Source: Oscillospiraceae bacterium (GTDB lineage Bacteria > Bacillota > Clostridia > Oscillospirales > Ruminococcaceae). From it: DNA of 64,000 bases. Positions 62,010 to 64,000 of this stretch are shown here, in pieces. The stretch lies in assembly GCA_031549285.1 (NCBI GenBank), contig JAVBPZ010000006.1, forward strand, positions 8,196 through 72,195, written 5' to 3'. The position numbers were made by a program, and so were the translations under genes. The notes under the pieces were generated by a model, which was not told where the DNA came from, ran no database searches, and saw only the letters and a program-made list of their open reading frames with translations. How positions within the stretch are numbered: the first letter of the stretch is position 1; the number at the start of each line of letters is the position of its first letter.

Positions 62010-64000
62010 TTATTCTTTTTCGTCGCTGTCGGTGGCGGGGGCATCGCCGGTTGTATCGTCTGTTTCATCGGCGGCTTTTGCGCTCTCTTTGGCTAGCGTG
62101 TCTTTTTCGGCTTTGGTCGCCGGCTTTTTCACAGCGGCCGGTTTTTTATCCTCTGCTTTTTCCGGTGCGTCGGCTTTTGCCTTGTCTGCCACTGCCGCTG
62201 GCTCAGGCTGTTCCGCCGTTTCTTTTGCCGCCGACTTCTTGGCCACAGCTTTGGCAGCCGGCGCCTTTTTGGCTTTGGCTGTTTCTTCGTCCGCCTCGGC
62301 CTCTTTGTCTGCTTTTGCCGGCGCTTTCACAGGCTTCTTTTCATTGGTCTTTTTATCCGCCTTCGTTTCCGTGTCGCGCTCTTTGTCCGCAAAGGATTTT
62401 TCTTCTTTTTCCGCGGCTTTGGTGTCCTTACCGGACTTGGCGGCCGTCTTTTTCTGCGTTGTTTTCACCTCGGCCGCTTCGTCGTCTGTGTCTTCTGTCT
62501 CGTCCGTCTCTTCCACAGCTTTGCTCGCTTTGGTTTTGGCGGCTGGCAGCTTCTTCGTGTCTTTTGCGGTGGCAACTTTTTTACCGTTCTTTTCAGCCTT
62601 GGCAGCTTTTTCCGCTTCTTTTTCGGCGGCCAGCTGTGCCGCTTCTTCCTTCGCCAGCTTTTGGGCGGCTTTGTCCTTGCGCGCGCGGCGGTTTTCAATG
62701 GCTACCCACAGCGGGCCCGCAATGCACACCGTGCTGTACACGCCGGACACCATGCCGAACATCAGCGGCAGCACAAAGGTGAATATGCTATCCAAACCAT
62801 ATACAATAGAGAAGATACACACACAGCCCAGCGCAATCAGCGTGGTCAGGGTGGTGTTGATAGACCGCCTCAGGCTTTGGTTGATGGACAGGTTCACCAG
62901 CTTGCCAAAGGACATTCTGCGGCCATACAGGCCACGGTTTTCACGAATACGGTCGTAGATGACCACCGTGTCATTGATGGAGTAGCCCAGAATGGTCAGC
63001 AATGCGGCAATAAAGTTGCCATTCAGCGGAATGCGGAAGATGACAAACACGCCAAAGATAATGATGAGGTCATGCACCAGCGCCACAATGGCGGTAAACC
63101 CGCCGGTCCAACCGCCAATCTTTCGGAACCGGATGGCGATGTAAACCAAAATCAGCAGCATGGCGGCCACCACGGCAACCACACATTTCAGCAGGAACTC
63201 ACGCCCCAGGCCCGCGTCTACGTTGTTTACCGACAGCTGCTCAAAGTTCACTGTGCCTTCCTCGGCCGAGGCGGACACCGGGAACGCCTCGTTCAGGACG
63301 GCGGTCAACTCGTCCAGGGTCTCAGCCTCCACCGTCTCGCTGCCCGGCAGGGTGACCGTCAGGGTTTTCGCCTTGGTGGCGGTGTTTTGCCCTTCCTGTA
63401 CGGACACATCCCCGCCCAGTACCTCGGTAACCACGCCGGTAGCATCGTCCATGTTAAAATCTGTAGAGTACGAATAGGTAACGATGGCGCCGCCCTTGAA
63501 CTGCACATCCATCTTCACCCCAAAGATAAGGCTGAATGCCAGAATGAGCACGATGGCGATAATGGAACCGCCAAAGAAAGCTTTGCGCTTGCCTACGATG
63601 TTCAGCGGTTTTTCTACTTTTTCCTCTTGGCCTTCCTTCAGCCCACCGTACAAAACCGGGTTGCGGCAGATTTTCCATTTGGAAATGGAGGTAAGCATGA
63701 CCCGGGTGCAGAACACCCCAAACACAAAGTTCAGTAATACGCCAATAAACAGTGTGAAGCCAAAAGAGTAGATGGCGCCGGCGGTGGAAACGCCGAACCA
63801 GTTAAAGAACGGCCAGGTAACCTTTGCCCACAGGCTGTCGGTGGGGCCAAAGGCGCCCATCAGGATGATGGCCACAATGATAACAGTAACGTTGCCGTCC
63901 AGGATAGGAGCAAACCCGCGCTGGAAGCCCGCCTTGATGGAAGCGTCCAGCTTTTTACCTCCGCGCAGCTCTTCCTTAATGCGCTCGCTGGTAATCACGT
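62010..64000 (-). CDS. secDF: protein translocase SecDF fusion (5' end outside the window) with a Lys/Ala/Glu-rich C-terminal tail of about 200 aa
   Basis: The SecD C-terminal TM region (DGNVTVIIVAIILM...) runs directly into SecF (VQFKGGAIV...IRENRG...GLDSIFTFVLPLMFG). The tail spans about 62010-62620. The frame is open to the window edge. Confidence 0.85.
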   Translation of the reverse strand, partial: VITSERIKEELRGGKKLDASIKAGFQRGFAPILDGNVTVIIVAIILMGAFGPTDSLWAKVTWPFFNWFGVSTAGAIYSFGFTLFIGVLLNFVFGVFCTRVMLTSISKWKICRNPVLYGGLKEGQEEKVEKPLNIVGKRKAFFGGSIIAIVLILAFSLIFGVKMDVQFKGGAIVTYSYSTDFNMDDATGVVTEVLGGDVSVQEGQNTATKAKTLTVTLPGSETVEAETLDELTAVLNEAFPVSASAEEGTVNFEQLSVNNVDAGLGREFLLKCVVAVVAAMLLILVYIAIRFRKIGGWTGGFTAIVALVHDLIIIFGVFVIFRIPLNGNFIAALLTILGYSINDTVVIYDRIRENRGLYGRRMSFGKLVNLSINQSLRRSINTTLTTLIALGCVCIFSIVYGLDSIFTFVLPLMFGMVSGVYSTVCIAGPLWVAIENRRARKDKAAQKLAKEEAAQLAAEKEAEKAAKAEKNGKKVATAKDTKKLPAAKTKASKAVEETDETEDTDDEAAEVKTTQKKTAAKSGKDTKAAEKEEKSFADKERDTETKADKKTNEKKPVKAPAKADKEAEADEETAKAKKAPAAKAVAKKSAAKETAEQPEPAAVADKAKADAPEKAEDKKPAAVKKPATKAEKDTLAKESAKAADETDDTTGDAPATDSDEKE

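Noticed and set aside
61913-62958. Plus-strand ORFs of 289 aa and 319 aa opposite the SecDF tail
   Set aside because: They are the antisense reading of the Lys/Ala/Glu-rich tail, which gives Phe/Leu/Ser/Ala repeats. They are not independent genes.

Overview
64-kb chromosomal segment of a high-G+C Firmicute, most likely a member of the Clostridia. This placement is an inference from the ScfA/ScfB (SCIFF) peptide-maturase pair, a Gram-positive PolC, and three Gram-positive gene orders: ffs-dnaX-ybaB-recR, tig-clpP-clpX-lon-engB, and pyrH-frr-uppS-cdsA-dxr-rseP-ispG-polC. Most of the window is housekeeping. It holds about 60 supportable CDSs, an SRP RNA, tmRNA and a six-tRNA cluster (Gly-Val-Asp-Phe-Gly-Cys). 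No rRNA genes or CRISPR arrays were seen. The long ORFs lying antisense to real genes are GC-driven shadow ORFs. Four things stand out. (1) A 4.65-kb integrated element (40454-45105) is bounded by perfect 21-bp direct repeats. It encodes a two-tyrosine HUH rolling-circle Rep, a sigma-70 region-4-like regulator, a short TerS-like protein, a 182-aa catalytic-domain-only tyrosine recombinase, several small ORFs including a 30-aa hydrophobic peptide, and about 1.4 kb of GC-rich hairpin- and iteron-laden non-coding DNA. It has no capsid or transfer genes. (2) Its target is a perfect 13-6-13 inverted repeat in the leader of a Xer-family recombinase gene, at the point where gene orientation switches from + to -. 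This makes the site a candidate dif-like site that the element exploits. (3) A roughly 150-190-nt structured repeat occurs in two copies, each immediately 5' of a minus-strand accessory gene, downstream of ssrA. (4) A (TTAG)13 microsatellite lies directly upstream of polC. Smaller items are the SCIFF precursor (too short for the ORF track), a CIRCE-like operator before lon, a frameshifted Cys-rich gene, and unusually long Lys/Ala/Glu-rich tails on SecDF and other proteins. All coordinates were derived by hand. No database searches or numerical computations were run.
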